This document shows, piece by piece, positions 44,418-54,430 of a DNA stretch of 64,000 nucleotides. A program made the translations under genes and the position numbers. The notes under the pieces were generated by a model. It saw only the letters and a list, made by a program, of their open reading frames with translations. It did not search any database and was not told where the DNA came from. The DNA is from a virus, in the IMG/VR virus record IMGVR_UViG_3300042566_001051, positions 11,126 through 75,125 of that record. One strand, given 5' to 3'. Every line of letters starts with the position of its first letter. Positions within the stretch are counted from its first letter, which is position 1.

Positions 44418-45551
44418 ATGGCTACCACTAACCTCTCCAACCTCCAGCAGGGGCAGCAGCAACAGACCGCCCGCCGACCCAAGACCATCTTCGACTTCCT
44501 GGACGACCCGCGCGTCCAGAAGGGTATCGGCGCCGTGGCCGGAAAGTTCCTGACGCCCGACCGCTTCCTGCGTTTGGCGATCAACGCGGTGAAGAAAACT
44601 CCGCTGCTTGCCCAGTGCGATCCGCAAAGCGTCCTGGGTTCCTTCATGGCATCTGCTGCCCTGGGCCTGGAGCCGAACACAGTACAGCAGCAAGCGTTTC
44701 TGATTCCCTACAAGAAGCGTGCCAAGGTCGATAACCAGTGGGTGGATATTTACGAATGCCAGTTCCAGATTGGCTATCGCGGCTTTATCACCCTCGCCCA
44801 CCGCTCTCCGCACATCGCCAGCGTCCAGGCCGAAGCGATCCACGACGGCGACCTGTTCGACCACATGCTGGGCTCCGAGTCGTTCCTGAAGTACCGCAAG
44901 GCGCTCAAGGATCGTGGCGGCCTGATCGGCTCGTTCTGCTACACGAAGCTGGAATCCGGCATTGAAATGGCGACCGTTCTTCCGCTCTCCGAGGTGGAGA
45001 AGATTCGCGGCAAGAGCGAGACCTACAACGCCCTGATGCGCAACGTCGAGCAGGCCGACAACCAGAAAGACCGCGAGAAGGCCGAAAAGAAGCTGGCCGA
45101 AACGCCCTGGGTCATGTGGGAAGACGACATGGCCGCCAAGTCGGCGATCAAGAAGCACGCCAAGCAGTTGCCGTTGATGCCCGGTGACGCGATGTCGGCC
45201 GCTGCTGAAATCGACTCCAACGCCGACCGCAACGTCATCGACATGTCGGCGATGGCTGACCCGGATGTCGTGCGCGGCGTGGTGCAGGACGGCTACAGCC
45301 CGCCGGCGATTGAGCACCAAGAGGCCGAGCACCTGCCCGCCGACCTTGGCAAAGGAAATCGCCAGGCCGAACCGGTTGAGGCCCGCCAAGCCCGCCAGCA
45401 GCCGGCCCGGCGCGCCGCCCAGGCCAACGTCGATCAAGAGACCGGCGAAATCCAGGGAGGCGGCGACAACTGGGAGCCGACGGCAGAAGAGCTTGCCGAG
45501 ATTCAAGCGCGCGAACTCGCTGAGTCCGGCGGCTTCGGCAACGTCGATTAA
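44418..45551 (+). CDS. recT: RecT-family single-strand annealing recombinase
   Basis: CDPQSVLGS...LGLEP...AFLIPY...CQFQIGYRG...MAAKSAIKK. Confidence 0.92.
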   Translation: MATTNLSNLQQGQQQQTARRPKTIFDFLDDPRVQKGIGAVAGKFLTPDRFLRLAINAVKKTPLLAQCDPQSVLGSFMASAALGLEPNTVQQQAFLIPYKKRAKVDNQWVDIYECQFQIGYRGFITLAHRSPHIASVQAEAIHDGDLFDHMLGSESFLKYRKALKDRGGLIGSFCYTKLESGIEMATVLPLSEVEKIRGKSETYNALMRNVEQADNQKDREKAEKKLAETPWVMWEDDMAAKSAIKKHAKQLPLMPGDAMSAAAEIDSNADRNVIDMSAMADPDVVRGVVQDGYSPPAIEHQEAEHLPADLGKGNRQAEPVEARQARQQPARRAAQANVDQETGEIQGGGDNWEPTAEELAEIQARELAESGGFGNVD

Positions 45552-45596
45552 CTCACAACCACCGGGCGGCCACCGCGCCGCCCCAGGGAGAACCCC

Positions 45597-46118
45597 ATGC
45601 AAGTTATTCGCATCACCATGCCGGACGGCGCCAAGTACGACGTTCCGACAGAAATCATCGCCCGCAACCGGGCCAAGTATTACGCCGACAAGGAGTTTGA
45701 CGGCGACATCGAGCGTTCGCTGGCCGAGGACACGCTCCCGCTCTTCCAGTCCGACGACTACGAAATTCACGACTGGGCCGCCAACAACATGAACTGGAGC
45801 GACGTGAAGGATCACGCGACCCTTGCATCGCTGCCGGAAGACAGAGAAGCGTCGCACCAGGAAGGCTGGATCAACGGCGAGTACGAAATCATCGACAAGC
45901 CGGACGGCGCCGCTGCCGACCTTTTGAACCTTGAACGGCTGGCAAGCATGCCGCTGAAGGTCATCACCCGCTCCATGTCTCTCGCCGGCGCCAGCAAGGT
46001 GCAACTGGTTTTTGAGACCGCAGGGGAAAAGCCGGTCGGGGCAATCATTCTGCTGACCGGCGACGACACCGAACGCTACCTGAAGGCCATCGAGGCGGAA
46101 GCTGAATCCGAAGGCTGA
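45597..46118 (+). CDS. Hypothetical protein
   Basis: 173 aa, GGAG RBS. Confidence 0.6.
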   Translation: MQVIRITMPDGAKYDVPTEIIARNRAKYYADKEFDGDIERSLAEDTLPLFQSDDYEIHDWAANNMNWSDVKDHATLASLPEDREASHQEGWINGEYEIIDKPDGAAADLLNLERLASMPLKVITRSMSLAGASKVQLVFETAGEKPVGAIILLTGDDTERYLKAIEAEAESEG

Positions 46119-46134
46119 CCACGAAAGGACGGAC

Positions 46135-47976
46135 ATGAAAATAGAATCCATTGGCGTCAGCAACTTCCAAATGCTGACCGACATCAACATCAATCTCGCC
46201 GGCACGCCGATCTGCCTGATCGCCGGCGCCAACGAACAAGGCAAGTCGTCATTGCACGAGGCCATCCGCTTCGCGCTGACCGGCGAAAGCACCCGCGTCA
46301 AGCTGAAGAAGGACATGGACGCCCTGGTGCGCGATGGCACGAAAACGGGCGGCGTCATCGTCCGCCTGGAAAACGGCAACAGCGCCGAGCTCGAATTGCC
46401 GGCCGGCAAAGTTTCGACGGTCGGCACGCTGGTCAATGACTTGCAGTTGAAGGCGCTTCCGCTGGTTATGGATGCCGGCCGCTTCGCCGCCATGACCGAG
46501 AACGACCGCCGTGCCTTCCTGTTCGATCTGTCCGGACTGCAATGCGACAGCAAGAACGTCGGCGACCGCCTCGTTGCGCGTGGCTGCGACGCCAAGAAGG
46601 TTGAGGCAATCGCCCCGCTGCTGCGCAACGGATTTCCGGCAGCCGAGACCGAGGCGCGAACCAAGGTGCGCGAGAAAAAGGCAAGCTGGAAGACCGTGAC
46701 TGGCGGCGAGACCTGGGGAAAAGACAAGGCGGCAAAGTGGCAGCCGGCCGCCCTGCCTCCTGAGTCGGACAAGGCGGCGGGACGGGCGGAGAATGCGCGC
46801 CAAAAAGCCAGCGAGGTTGAGCGCGAGCTTTCGGCAGCGCAGCAGGAACTTGGCGCGGCCCGTGCCGAATTGCAGCGCCGGCAGCAGGCCGAGACCGAGC
46901 GCGAACATCTTGCCGAAAAAGCTGGCACCGTCGGCCGGTTTAAGTCAAAGCTGGCGCACGACGAGGCGGAATTGAAGCAGTGGGAGGCAAAGGTTGAAGA
47001 AACCCGCGCCAAGGCCGGCGCCGCAAGCGTCAATCCGAAAGCACCGGGCGAGTACCTGTTGCGCGGCCTGGCCGCCGTGGCAGACGAATTCCTTGTCGTG
47101 GCTGAAAATCACCATGACATCGAGTGGCCGGAAGGGCTAGTCAGCCGCGCATCCGCTCATTTGGCTGAATACAAAAAGCTGCATGGCTGGCCGTTCAAGA
47201 GCGGCGACCAGGCAGACCCGGAGGCAGTTGCGCGGTTGCCTGAGCATGAGCGCGCACTGACCTTGCTGCAAAGCGCCGTTGCCAACAGCAAGCGCGACCT
47301 GGCAGCCGCTGAAGCCGCCGCCACCAAGCTGGCTGAACTGGATGGCGAGAAGGTCGAGGCAATCGACTTGGAGGCGATTCAGGCCAAGGTCAGTGAGTTG
47401 AGCGAAAAGCGCAACGGCTGGCGCGCCGACGCCGAAAAATACCAGGCCATTGCCGAGCAGGCAAAGCGGCACCAGGAAGTCATCGACCAAGCGGCCGCGC
47501 TGCATGGCGACATCCTTGCGTGGTCTGACATCGCCGACGCCCTGGCTCCCGATGGAATCCCCGGTGAAATGCTGGCCGATGCCATCAAGCCGCTGAACGA
47601 CCGACTGCGCGCAACGTCGATTGCCACTGGCTGGGATCAGGTTTCGATTGATGCCGACATGACCATCCGAATCAACGGCCGCCTGTATTCGCTGGGCAGC
47701 CAGTCGGCGCGCTACCGGGCAAACATGGCGATGGTCGAGGCTATTTCGTTCCTGTCTGGCCTGCGCTTCTTCGCTATCGACGAATTCGACTGCCTTGATT
47801 CCGATAACCGCATGGCTGGCCTCAAGTGGTTTCATCAGCTTGCGGTATCCGGCGATGCGGAAACGATGCTGGTGTTTGGCACCTTCAAGCAGCCGCCGCA
47901 AGCGCCTAACACGTTTCAGGTCTTGTGGATGGAGCGCGGCTCTGTCGGAGGTGACTCGTTACGGAGGGCTGCATAA
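46135..47976 (+). CDS. SbcC/Rad50-like coiled-coil ATPase
   Basis: GANEQGKSS Walker A, long coiled coil, FFAIDEFDCLD Walker B. Confidence 0.8.
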   Translation: MKIESIGVSNFQMLTDININLAGTPICLIAGANEQGKSSLHEAIRFALTGESTRVKLKKDMDALVRDGTKTGGVIVRLENGNSAELELPAGKVSTVGTLVNDLQLKALPLVMDAGRFAAMTENDRRAFLFDLSGLQCDSKNVGDRLVARGCDAKKVEAIAPLLRNGFPAAETEARTKVREKKASWKTVTGGETWGKDKAAKWQPAALPPESDKAAGRAENARQKASEVERELSAAQQELGAARAELQRRQQAETEREHLAEKAGTVGRFKSKLAHDEAELKQWEAKVEETRAKAGAASVNPKAPGEYLLRGLAAVADEFLVVAENHHDIEWPEGLVSRASAHLAEYKKLHGWPFKSGDQADPEAVARLPEHERALTLLQSAVANSKRDLAAAEAAATKLAELDGEKVEAIDLEAIQAKVSELSEKRNGWRADAEKYQAIAEQAKRHQEVIDQAAALHGDILAWSDIADALAPDGIPGEMLADAIKPLNDRLRATSIATGWDQVSIDADMTIRINGRLYSLGSQSARYRANMAMVEAISFLSGLRFFAIDEFDCLDSDNRMAGLKWFHQLAVSGDAETMLVFGTFKQPPQAPNTFQVLWMERGSVGGDSLRRAA

Positions 47977-48203
47977 TGTCAGCAAATCAAAACAACAAAA
48001 GCCGGGAGGAATTGGCGGGGTTCGATAATCTTCCAGACTCTGCAAACGTCAGGATTCGAATCGTCATGGGGCTGCTCTCCTGCTCAGACGCGACCGTCTG
48101 GCGTATGTCCAAGGATGGCCGCATACCCAAACCAAGGAAGCTCTCAAAGCGAGTAACCGCCTGGAACGTAGGCGAGTTGCGCAAAGCGCTCGCCGCACTG
48201 TAA
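47976..48203 (+). CDS. AlpA-family DNA-binding protein
   Basis: SDATVWRMSKDGRIPKPRKLSKRVTAWNVGELR. Confidence 0.85.
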   Translation: MSANQNNKSREELAGFDNLPDSANVRIRIVMGLLSCSDATVWRMSKDGRIPKPRKLSKRVTAWNVGELRKALAAL

Positions 48204-48212
48204 GGGGCGGCC

Positions 48213-48527
48213 ATGACTCGATACTGCACGCAATACGGCGCCTATGAAATTGATAGCGTGCCAGGCCAACCCCAGCTTGCACACTGCCACGGCTTCTTTG
48301 TGGCACCGGAACATCGCGGCAAAGGGATTGGGCACTTCCTGAAGCAAGAGCAGATGCAGATGCTGGCATCGCTTCGCTACGACGCCGCAACTTGCACGGT
48401 CGACGGCGGGAATGCAGCCCAAAAGCGGGTTCTTGAAAAGGCTGGCTGGGCGAAAGTCGGCGGATTCAAGAACGGGAAAACAGGCGCTTTGACTGAGGTC
48501 TGGTTTTGGGAAGTTGGTTCGACATGA
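48213..48527 (+). CDS. GNAT-family acetyltransferase
   Basis: FVAPEHRGKGIG; N...KRVLEKAGW. Confidence 0.8.
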   Translation: MTRYCTQYGAYEIDSVPGQPQLAHCHGFFVAPEHRGKGIGHFLKQEQMQMLASLRYDAATCTVDGGNAAQKRVLEKAGWAKVGGFKNGKTGALTEVWFWEVGST

Positions 48528-49063
48528 GCGCCGTATCGCCAGCGCCGACTTTTGACGAAAAATCCACGTTGACCGTAGAAGTCCTGCGCAACCTCATGAG
48601 CTACGACGCGGAAACCGGGATTTTCACCTGGAGAGGGAAGCCGAATGGCAGGGTTGCCCACGGCGCACAAGCCGGGACGCTGCTGCCGGATGGTTACGTC
48701 AGGATCAAGCTGCGCCGCAAGCTCTACCTCGCCCACCGGCTGGCATGGTTTTACGTGCATGGCGTCTGGCCGGAAAACGAGATTGACCACATCAACCGAA
48801 CCCGCTCTGACAACCGCATCGCCAATCTTCGAGAGGCGACCAAATCAGAGAACCTTCAAAACCAGATTTCCGCCCAGCGCCACAACACCACGAGCAAGTT
48901 GCTTGGGGCGAGTTGGCACGAAGGCTGCCAAAAGTGGCAGGCGCAAATCTACATCAACGGGAAAGCCAAGTATCCAGGGCTATTCAAAACCAAGGAAGAG
49001 GCGCACGCCGCCTACCTTGCTGCGAAACGCGAACTGCACCCGTTCAGCACCATTGAGGATTGA
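48524..49063 (+). CDS. HNH endonuclease with AP2-like domain
   Basis: AHRLAWFYVHGVWPENEIDHINRTRSDNRIANLRE...FKTKEEAHAAY. Confidence 0.9.
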   Translation: MSAVSPAPTFDEKSTLTVEVLRNLMSYDAETGIFTWRGKPNGRVAHGAQAGTLLPDGYVRIKLRRKLYLAHRLAWFYVHGVWPENEIDHINRTRSDNRIANLREATKSENLQNQISAQRHNTTSKLLGASWHEGCQKWQAQIYINGKAKYPGLFKTKEEAHAAYLAAKRELHPFSTIED

Positions 49064-49066
49064 TCC

Positions 49067-49687
49067 ATGCAAGAACAACTGATTGAAATTCTATCCAGGG
49101 CAACCGGCTGGATGACGGCCGCCGAAATCGCCGCCGAAGGAAAGTGGCGCAGCGCATCGAATGTCTCTGTTGCCCTAAAGCAGCTTGAGAAGTCCGGCGC
49201 CGTTACTCACCGCTCCCGCATGACCGGCGACGGAAAGGAAGTCCAGTGGCGGCATGCCGACAAGGACTTCGACGATGCCGGCGAGGTCGGCGCGAAGGCC
49301 AAGCGCAAGCCGAAAGGCGCCGCCGATCAGACGGACGCAACCAAGGCGCCGGAAATCAGCGCCGACGAATTGCGGGCAGAAATCCAGCGCCAGAAAGGCA
49401 TTGCCCAGGAGTTCATCGACAAGGCAAACCGCCTTGAGCAGAAATTCTCCGAGGCTGTAGAGGAAGTGACCCGGCTTGACCGCGAGCTTGCGGCCGCCAA
49501 AGCCAAGGCCATGCCGGAGAAAAAATCCAGCAAGCCGCGCAAGCCGTTCAGCGTCACCGGTCTTGCTGGGTTCCATGCAGGCGGCGACCGGGTGACGCTC
49601 TTCCTAGATCGTCGCCTTCACGCCAAGTCGATCACCTTGCCGGCTGACAAGTTGCACCAACTGGCAGAAATGGCGAGGGCAGCATGA
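49067..49687 (+). CDS. Winged-HTH plus coiled-coil protein
   Basis: MTAAEIA...NVSVALKQLEKSGAV. Confidence 0.6.
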   Translation: MQEQLIEILSRATGWMTAAEIAAEGKWRSASNVSVALKQLEKSGAVTHRSRMTGDGKEVQWRHADKDFDDAGEVGAKAKRKPKGAADQTDATKAPEISADELRAEIQRQKGIAQEFIDKANRLEQKFSEAVEEVTRLDRELAAAKAKAMPEKKSSKPRKPFSVTGLAGFHAGGDRVTLFLDRRLHAKSITLPADKLHQLAEMARAA

Positions 49688-50256
49688 GCCAAAACAAGGA
49701 GCCTGAAAAGATCGTTCCCTATGACTCCGCCGAGGCCGCGAGCATCCAGACCGTAACCGGCTGGGTTTCTCGCTCCGGTCGATTCTGGGGAAACGACGAG
49801 CACATGGCGCGCTACGACGGCTGCACCCATCGCAAGTGTGACGCCTGTGATGCGCTGATACCGGTTCGCGGATACACGATCTGCGACCAGTGCCGCGAGT
49901 CCAAGGAAATCGAGAAATGGCAAGCGATGCCGCGCCAAGAGTGGGACGGCAAAAGCCTCCTGTATTCACAGGCGGCCGATGTTTTCTTCCAGGACTCCGA
50001 CGACCTGTCATGTCACTGCGAAGAGAACGAATGCACGCCGCAATCGCTGCGCCTGGTGATATGCGATCCGCAATACGCCAGACAGATCGACGCGGAAGAC
50101 CACTACTCGGACGAACTGCCAGAAGACGGCGACCTTCCGCCGGAGCTTGAAGAGGCTTTCGAGCGACTGAACGAAGCGATCAAGGCATGCCGGACGCCGC
50201 TCTCGTGGATTCCAGGCAAGTTCGCACCGACCGACCAATCCGTAACCATTGACTGA
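49684..50256 (+). CDS. Conserved phage hypothetical protein
   Basis: [33 protein letters not shown]. Confidence 0.65.
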   Translation: MSQNKEPEKIVPYDSAEAASIQTVTGWVSRSGRFWGNDEHMARYDGCTHRKCDACDALIPVRGYTICDQCRESKEIEKWQAMPRQEWDGKSLLYSQAADVFFQDSDDLSCHCEENECTPQSLRLVICDPQYARQIDAEDHYSDELPEDGDLPPELEEAFERLNEAIKACRTPLSWIPGKFAPTDQSVTID

Positions 50257-50270
50257 AAGGGGATAGCAGA

Positions 50271-51392
50271 ATGCTCGCCCGCAACGCAACAATCCTGACA
50301 TTTGCCGGCATCACGCTGGACACCATTGATGCCGCCGTTGCGCGGCGACCGTTCATCCCTTGCGGAGCCTCCGAGGCAAGCAGCCGAGGGTTTATCCCGC
50401 CAGTTGCCGGCATGGAGGGCCTGATCCGCTTCGCCGATAACGTAGCGGCAATCGCCATGCGTGAAGACGACAAGATTCTTCCAGCCTGTGTCGTTCAGGC
50501 GGAGTCCAAGCGGCGGGCGGAAGAGATTGAAGAGCAGCAAGGCTACAAACCTGGGCGCAAGCAGATGCGCGAAATCAAGGAGCTCGTCACCAAGGAATTG
50601 CTCGCCAAGGCATTTATCAGAACAACCGTCGTCCGCGCCTGGCTGGATTTCGGCGCCGGGCTGATGGTTGTCGATGCCGCCAGCGAAACCAAAGTGGACA
50701 ACCTCATCGGAACCCTGATCCGCAACTTCGACGAAATGCCGAAGCTGCGGCGCTGGCGCACCAAGGGCGTGCCGGCAAGCCACTTCACGGCATGGGTTCA
50801 GTCCGGCGAGGCGCCAGACTTCTTCACCATCGACGACCGCGCCCTTCTCACAAACCCGGAGGGCGGAAAAATCCGGCTCACCAACCAGAGCATGGTCGAT
50901 GACGAGGTGCGGAGGCTGGTTGAGCACGGCCGGACATGCTCAGAACTGGCTGTGACGCACGCCGACAAGCTGTCCTTCGTTCTCACCCAGTCGCTGGTGC
51001 TGAAGCGAATCGCTCACATCGGCGTCAATGAAGAGCGCGACCCAGCCCAGGCGGACATGATGGAGGAAGAGCGCCACGACGCCGAAATCATCCTGAACGC
51101 CGGCGCAGTCCGCGAAGCCTTTGCAGCCATCAACGAGGCGTTGGGCGGAATTCAGGAGCACGAAGAAGAGCCGGCGGCTTCAATTTCTGGCGTCGGCGAC
51201 GAAGATGATCCGCTGTACGAGCAGGCCCGCCAGATCGTTATCGACAACGGCCGGGCGTCTATCTCGCTGGTGCAGCGCCATTTGCGCATCGGATACAACC
51301 GCGCGGCCCGGCTGGTCGAGCAAATGGAGCGCTTCGGCGTCGTCAGCCCGATGGATTCTTCCGGCTCGCGCAAGGTGCTGATGGCTGCATAG
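50271..51392 (+). CDS. rdgC: RdgC with fused C-terminal FtsK-gamma domain
   Basis: F.PCG..E..SRGF, KILP..VV, ELL.KAF; C-terminal DPLYEQA...[29 protein letters not shown]. Confidence 0.85.
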   Translation: MLARNATILTFAGITLDTIDAAVARRPFIPCGASEASSRGFIPPVAGMEGLIRFADNVAAIAMREDDKILPACVVQAESKRRAEEIEEQQGYKPGRKQMREIKELVTKELLAKAFIRTTVVRAWLDFGAGLMVVDAASETKVDNLIGTLIRNFDEMPKLRRWRTKGVPASHFTAWVQSGEAPDFFTIDDRALLTNPEGGKIRLTNQSMVDDEVRRLVEHGRTCSELAVTHADKLSFVLTQSLVLKRIAHIGVNEERDPAQADMMEEERHDAEIILNAGAVREAFAAINEALGGIQEHEEEPAASISGVGDEDDPLYEQARQIVIDNGRASISLVQRHLRIGYNRAARLVEQMERFGVVSPMDSSGSRKVLMAA

Positions 51393-51406
51393 CCAAGGGG
51401 AGCAAC

Positions 51407-52429
51407 ATGGCAGAAAACACGAAAATCGAGTGGGCCAACCACACGTTCAACCCTTGGTTTGGCTGCCAGAAGGTCGGGCCTGGCTGCGACCACTGCTACG
51501 CCGAGGGCTGGGCCAAGCGTAGCGGCCTGGTGCAGTGGGGGCCGGGAGCCGACCGGCGCCGCAGCAGCGAGGCGAACTGGCGGAAGCCTATCAAGTGGAA
51601 CCGACAGTCCGAGATTCAGCACAACGCTTGGCAGGCATTCAAGGAGGCGCATCCTGGACTCACCGATGCCCAGCTTGTTGATGCCGGCTTCTCCAAGCCC
51701 GAGCGGCCAAGGGTGTTTTGCGCGTCGCTGGCCGATGTCTTCGACAACGCCGTTCCTGACGCCTGGCGCATGGACTTGTTCAGCCTGATCGCCAAGACGC
51801 CGTACCTTGACTGGCTGCTGGTGACAAAGCGCGTCGGCAACGTCATGCGGATGTGTTCCGGCGACGGCCTGATGTTCGACATGATCGCTGATCGTGTCTG
51901 GCTTGGCGTGACGATATGCAACCAGGAAGAGGCCGACCGCGACATTCCGAAGCTGATGCGGATACCCGCAAAAGTTCGCTGGTTGAGCATGGAGCCGCTA
52001 CTTGGGTCAGTTGATCTGAGCCAGTGGCTTGACATCATCCAGTACGAGGACGGCGCCGCCTGGATGCGCCGCAACATCGGCCACTTGCACGACATGCTCG
52101 ATTGGGTTGTGGTCGGCGGCGAGAGCGGGCCGCACGCCAGGCCGATGAATCCAGACTGGGCTTATGAGCTACGCGACCAGTGCGATGCGGCTGACGTGCC
52201 TTTCCTGTTCAAGCAATGGGGCGAATGGGCAACGGCCGGAAACCGTGCATTCGGCACCGTCAAGGGCGAAGTGAGGCACATCCGGTCTGATGGCAGCTTC
52301 TGGGGTGACGATCTTCCAGAGGATGAAAACGCCGACGTGCTTACCGTGGTGAAGGTGGGCAAGGCGGCCGCCGGCAGGCTGTTGGGCGGCGTGCAGCATG
52401 ACGGGTATCCGAAAGGAGGCGCAGCATGA
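51407..52429 (+). CDS. Gp37/Gp68 (DUF5131) family protein
   Basis: TKIEW..HTFNPW.GC.KV.PGCDHCYA; LSMEPLLG; WVVVGGESG; FLFKQWG. Confidence 0.9.
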   Translation: MAENTKIEWANHTFNPWFGCQKVGPGCDHCYAEGWAKRSGLVQWGPGADRRRSSEANWRKPIKWNRQSEIQHNAWQAFKEAHPGLTDAQLVDAGFSKPERPRVFCASLADVFDNAVPDAWRMDLFSLIAKTPYLDWLLVTKRVGNVMRMCSGDGLMFDMIADRVWLGVTICNQEEADRDIPKLMRIPAKVRWLSMEPLLGSVDLSQWLDIIQYEDGAAWMRRNIGHLHDMLDWVVVGGESGPHARPMNPDWAYELRDQCDAADVPFLFKQWGEWATAGNRAFGTVKGEVRHIRSDGSFWGDDLPEDENADVLTVVKVGKAAAGRLLGGVQHDGYPKGGAA

Positions 52430-53091
52430 CGCGCGATACTACAGAGGCCGATTTCCTCAAGGACGTGGCCGCGCATGAAATGGAGGTTTTGCGCGACGAC
52501 GGCGTCTATCGGCACATCCGATTCAAGAAGCCGGGAACCGGGTGCATGCACTTCGATCTAGTGACGTGGCCGGGATACCTGGCCTACTCCGGCGACATGG
52601 GCTGCTATGTCTTTTCTCGCCTGAACGACATGTTCGAGTTCTTCCGCGCCGACCGGGAATACTTGCAGCGCGACGGGCGCCAGCTTTGCATCAATCTTGG
52701 CTACTGGTCGGAGAAATTGCAGGCCGTGGATGGGGGCCGGCGAGAAGGCTCCGCCAAGGAGTTCAGCGAAGAAAAGTTCAGTCGCGCCGTTATTGAAGAC
52801 CTCATCGCATGGATTCGCGGCAACGCATACCGGACAACCAAAGATGAGCGCCGCGAGTTGTGGGGTGCGGTCATGTCTGAGGTGATGGGCGCGGACGGCG
52901 ACTCAGGCGGATACCGAAAACAAACCGCCGCACACGATTTCAGCCACTTCGTCAATAACGACGTTGGCAGCTTCTACTTTCAGGACTTCTGGGAGCACGA
53001 CCTCACCGAATACACCTTCCGGTTCGTTTGGTGCTGCTACGCGCTGGCATGGGGAATCCTGAAGTACGACGAAGCAAAAGGCGGTGCGTGA
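52426..53091 (+). CDS. Conserved phage hypothetical protein
   Basis: DDGVYRH.RF...FD.VTWPG.L...GDMG.YVF.R..DMFEFF. Confidence 0.7.
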   Translation: MTRDTTEADFLKDVAAHEMEVLRDDGVYRHIRFKKPGTGCMHFDLVTWPGYLAYSGDMGCYVFSRLNDMFEFFRADREYLQRDGRQLCINLGYWSEKLQAVDGGRREGSAKEFSEEKFSRAVIEDLIAWIRGNAYRTTKDERRELWGAVMSEVMGADGDSGGYRKQTAAHDFSHFVNNDVGSFYFQDFWEHDLTEYTFRFVWCCYALAWGILKYDEAKGGA

Positions 53092-53348
53092 TGGGCGAGA
53101 TTGCTGAAATGATGCTTGACGGCACGCTCTGTGCAGGATGCGGCGGCTACCTGAAAGGCGATGGCGATGGGCTGCCGCGCTACTGCTCCGACTGCAAGGG
53201 GGAGCGCGGTAGCGGTGGTCACTTGCGAACAAAGGTTGTATCTAAGGTCAAGTGCCAGATATGCGGGAAGCTCGTAAAAAAGATAGGGCTTCCAGACCAC
53301 AAGCGCGACGCGCATGGCGTGACAGGAGGTCGGCATGAAGATCACTGA
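53091..53348 (+). CDS. Zn-finger hypothetical protein
   Basis: MGEIAEMMLDGTLC..CG...C..C; C-terminal C2H2. Confidence 0.65.
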   Translation: MGEIAEMMLDGTLCAGCGGYLKGDGDGLPRYCSDCKGERGSGGHLRTKVVSKVKCQICGKLVKKIGLPDHKRDAHGVTGGRHEDH

Positions 53349-53883
53349 GAAGCTGATTCGCCATCTTGAAATCAGCGAAGTACAGAACCTTGACTCTATC
53401 CGCGTCACGCTGGAGGACATCGAGCCGAGAAAGGGGCGCATCAATATTGAGTGCTATGGCAAGGCGTGGGCGTCGTATTGGGGCGGAATGGGGGATCGGA
53501 CTATCGCCGAGTTCTTCTGTTCTTGCGATGAGCACTACTTGGCAGGGAAACTCGCCAGCGGCCTCAATAGTTCGGTATTCGATCCTGAAGGGTTGATCGT
53601 GACCCTGCGCAAGGAAGTTATCCGCGACCGCCGGAGACGCGACCTGACCGCCAGCGAAGCGCGCGAGTTGTTCGATGAAATTGACGAGGTTGGCGATGTT
53701 ACCGACCCGTGGAGCCAGAGCAACCTGATGCAGAAACTTCTGGGTGACGAGTGGTGGTATCGGCTGCCGGAAAAGGACAACCCGGACTACCTGTATCTGA
53801 CCCGCATCATACGGGCAGTAAAGGAAGCGCTGTTTTCAACAATGAGGATCGAAGAAAAGGAAGAGCATGGCCTCAGTCAATAA
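53335..53883 (+). CDS. Conserved phage hypothetical protein
   Basis: LD.IRV.LED...G.I.I.CYG.AW..YWGGMG. Confidence 0.7.
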   Translation: MKITEKLIRHLEISEVQNLDSIRVTLEDIEPRKGRINIECYGKAWASYWGGMGDRTIAEFFCSCDEHYLAGKLASGLNSSVFDPEGLIVTLRKEVIRDRRRRDLTASEARELFDEIDEVGDVTDPWSQSNLMQKLLGDEWWYRLPEKDNPDYLYLTRIIRAVKEALFSTMRIEEKEEHGLSQ

Positions 53884-54349
53884 AGTAATCCTGGTCGGGC
53901 ACCTGGGGAAAGACCCGGAGACCCGCTACATGCCGAATGGTGACGCGATAACAAACGCCACCCTGGCTACGTCCGAATCATGGAAGGACAAGCAGACGGG
54001 CGAGAAGAAGGAGCAAACGGAGTGGCATCGCCTCGTTTTCTACCGGAAGCTCGCCGAAATCGCCGGGCAGTACCTGCGCAAAGGCTCCCTGATCTACATC
54101 GAGGGAAGCCTGAAAACCCGGAAGTGGCAGGACAAGGACGGGCAAGACCGCTACACCACGGAAATCACGGTCAATGAAATGACCATGCTTGGCGGTCGTG
54201 GCGACGCCAGCGGCGGACAGTCTTCCGGCGAACCGCAGCAGCGGCAGCAGCAACAGCGCCCACAAGGCAACGGCGGCGGGCAGCAGCGGCAAAGCGCACC
54301 TCAATCACGGGGCTTCGACGACTTCGAGGACGACATCCCTTTTGATTGA
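53867..54349 (+). CDS. ssb: Single-stranded DNA-binding protein
   Basis: [16 protein letters not shown]...TEWHR...DDIPF. Confidence 0.97.
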   Translation: MASVNKVILVGHLGKDPETRYMPNGDAITNATLATSESWKDKQTGEKKEQTEWHRLVFYRKLAEIAGQYLRKGSLIYIEGSLKTRKWQDKDGQDRYTTEITVNEMTMLGGRGDASGGQSSGEPQQRQQQQRPQGNGGGQQRQSAPQSRGFDDFEDDIPFD

Positions 54350-54386
54350 GCAGCGCACGCCTGCGTCATCAACGTGTATCCGTATC

Positions 54387-54409
54387 GGCCCCACCTGGGG
54401 CCATTTTTT
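54387..54409 (+). terminator. Intrinsic terminator between ssb and DGR target 1
   Basis: GGCCCCA-cc-TGGGGCC then A and T6. Confidence 0.65.
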
Positions 54410-54430
54410 CGACATCAAGGAGCGAATCAC

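Noticed and set aside
44382-47033. 883-aa minus-strand ORF
   Set aside because: Antisense shadow of recT and the ATPase; no recognisable motifs
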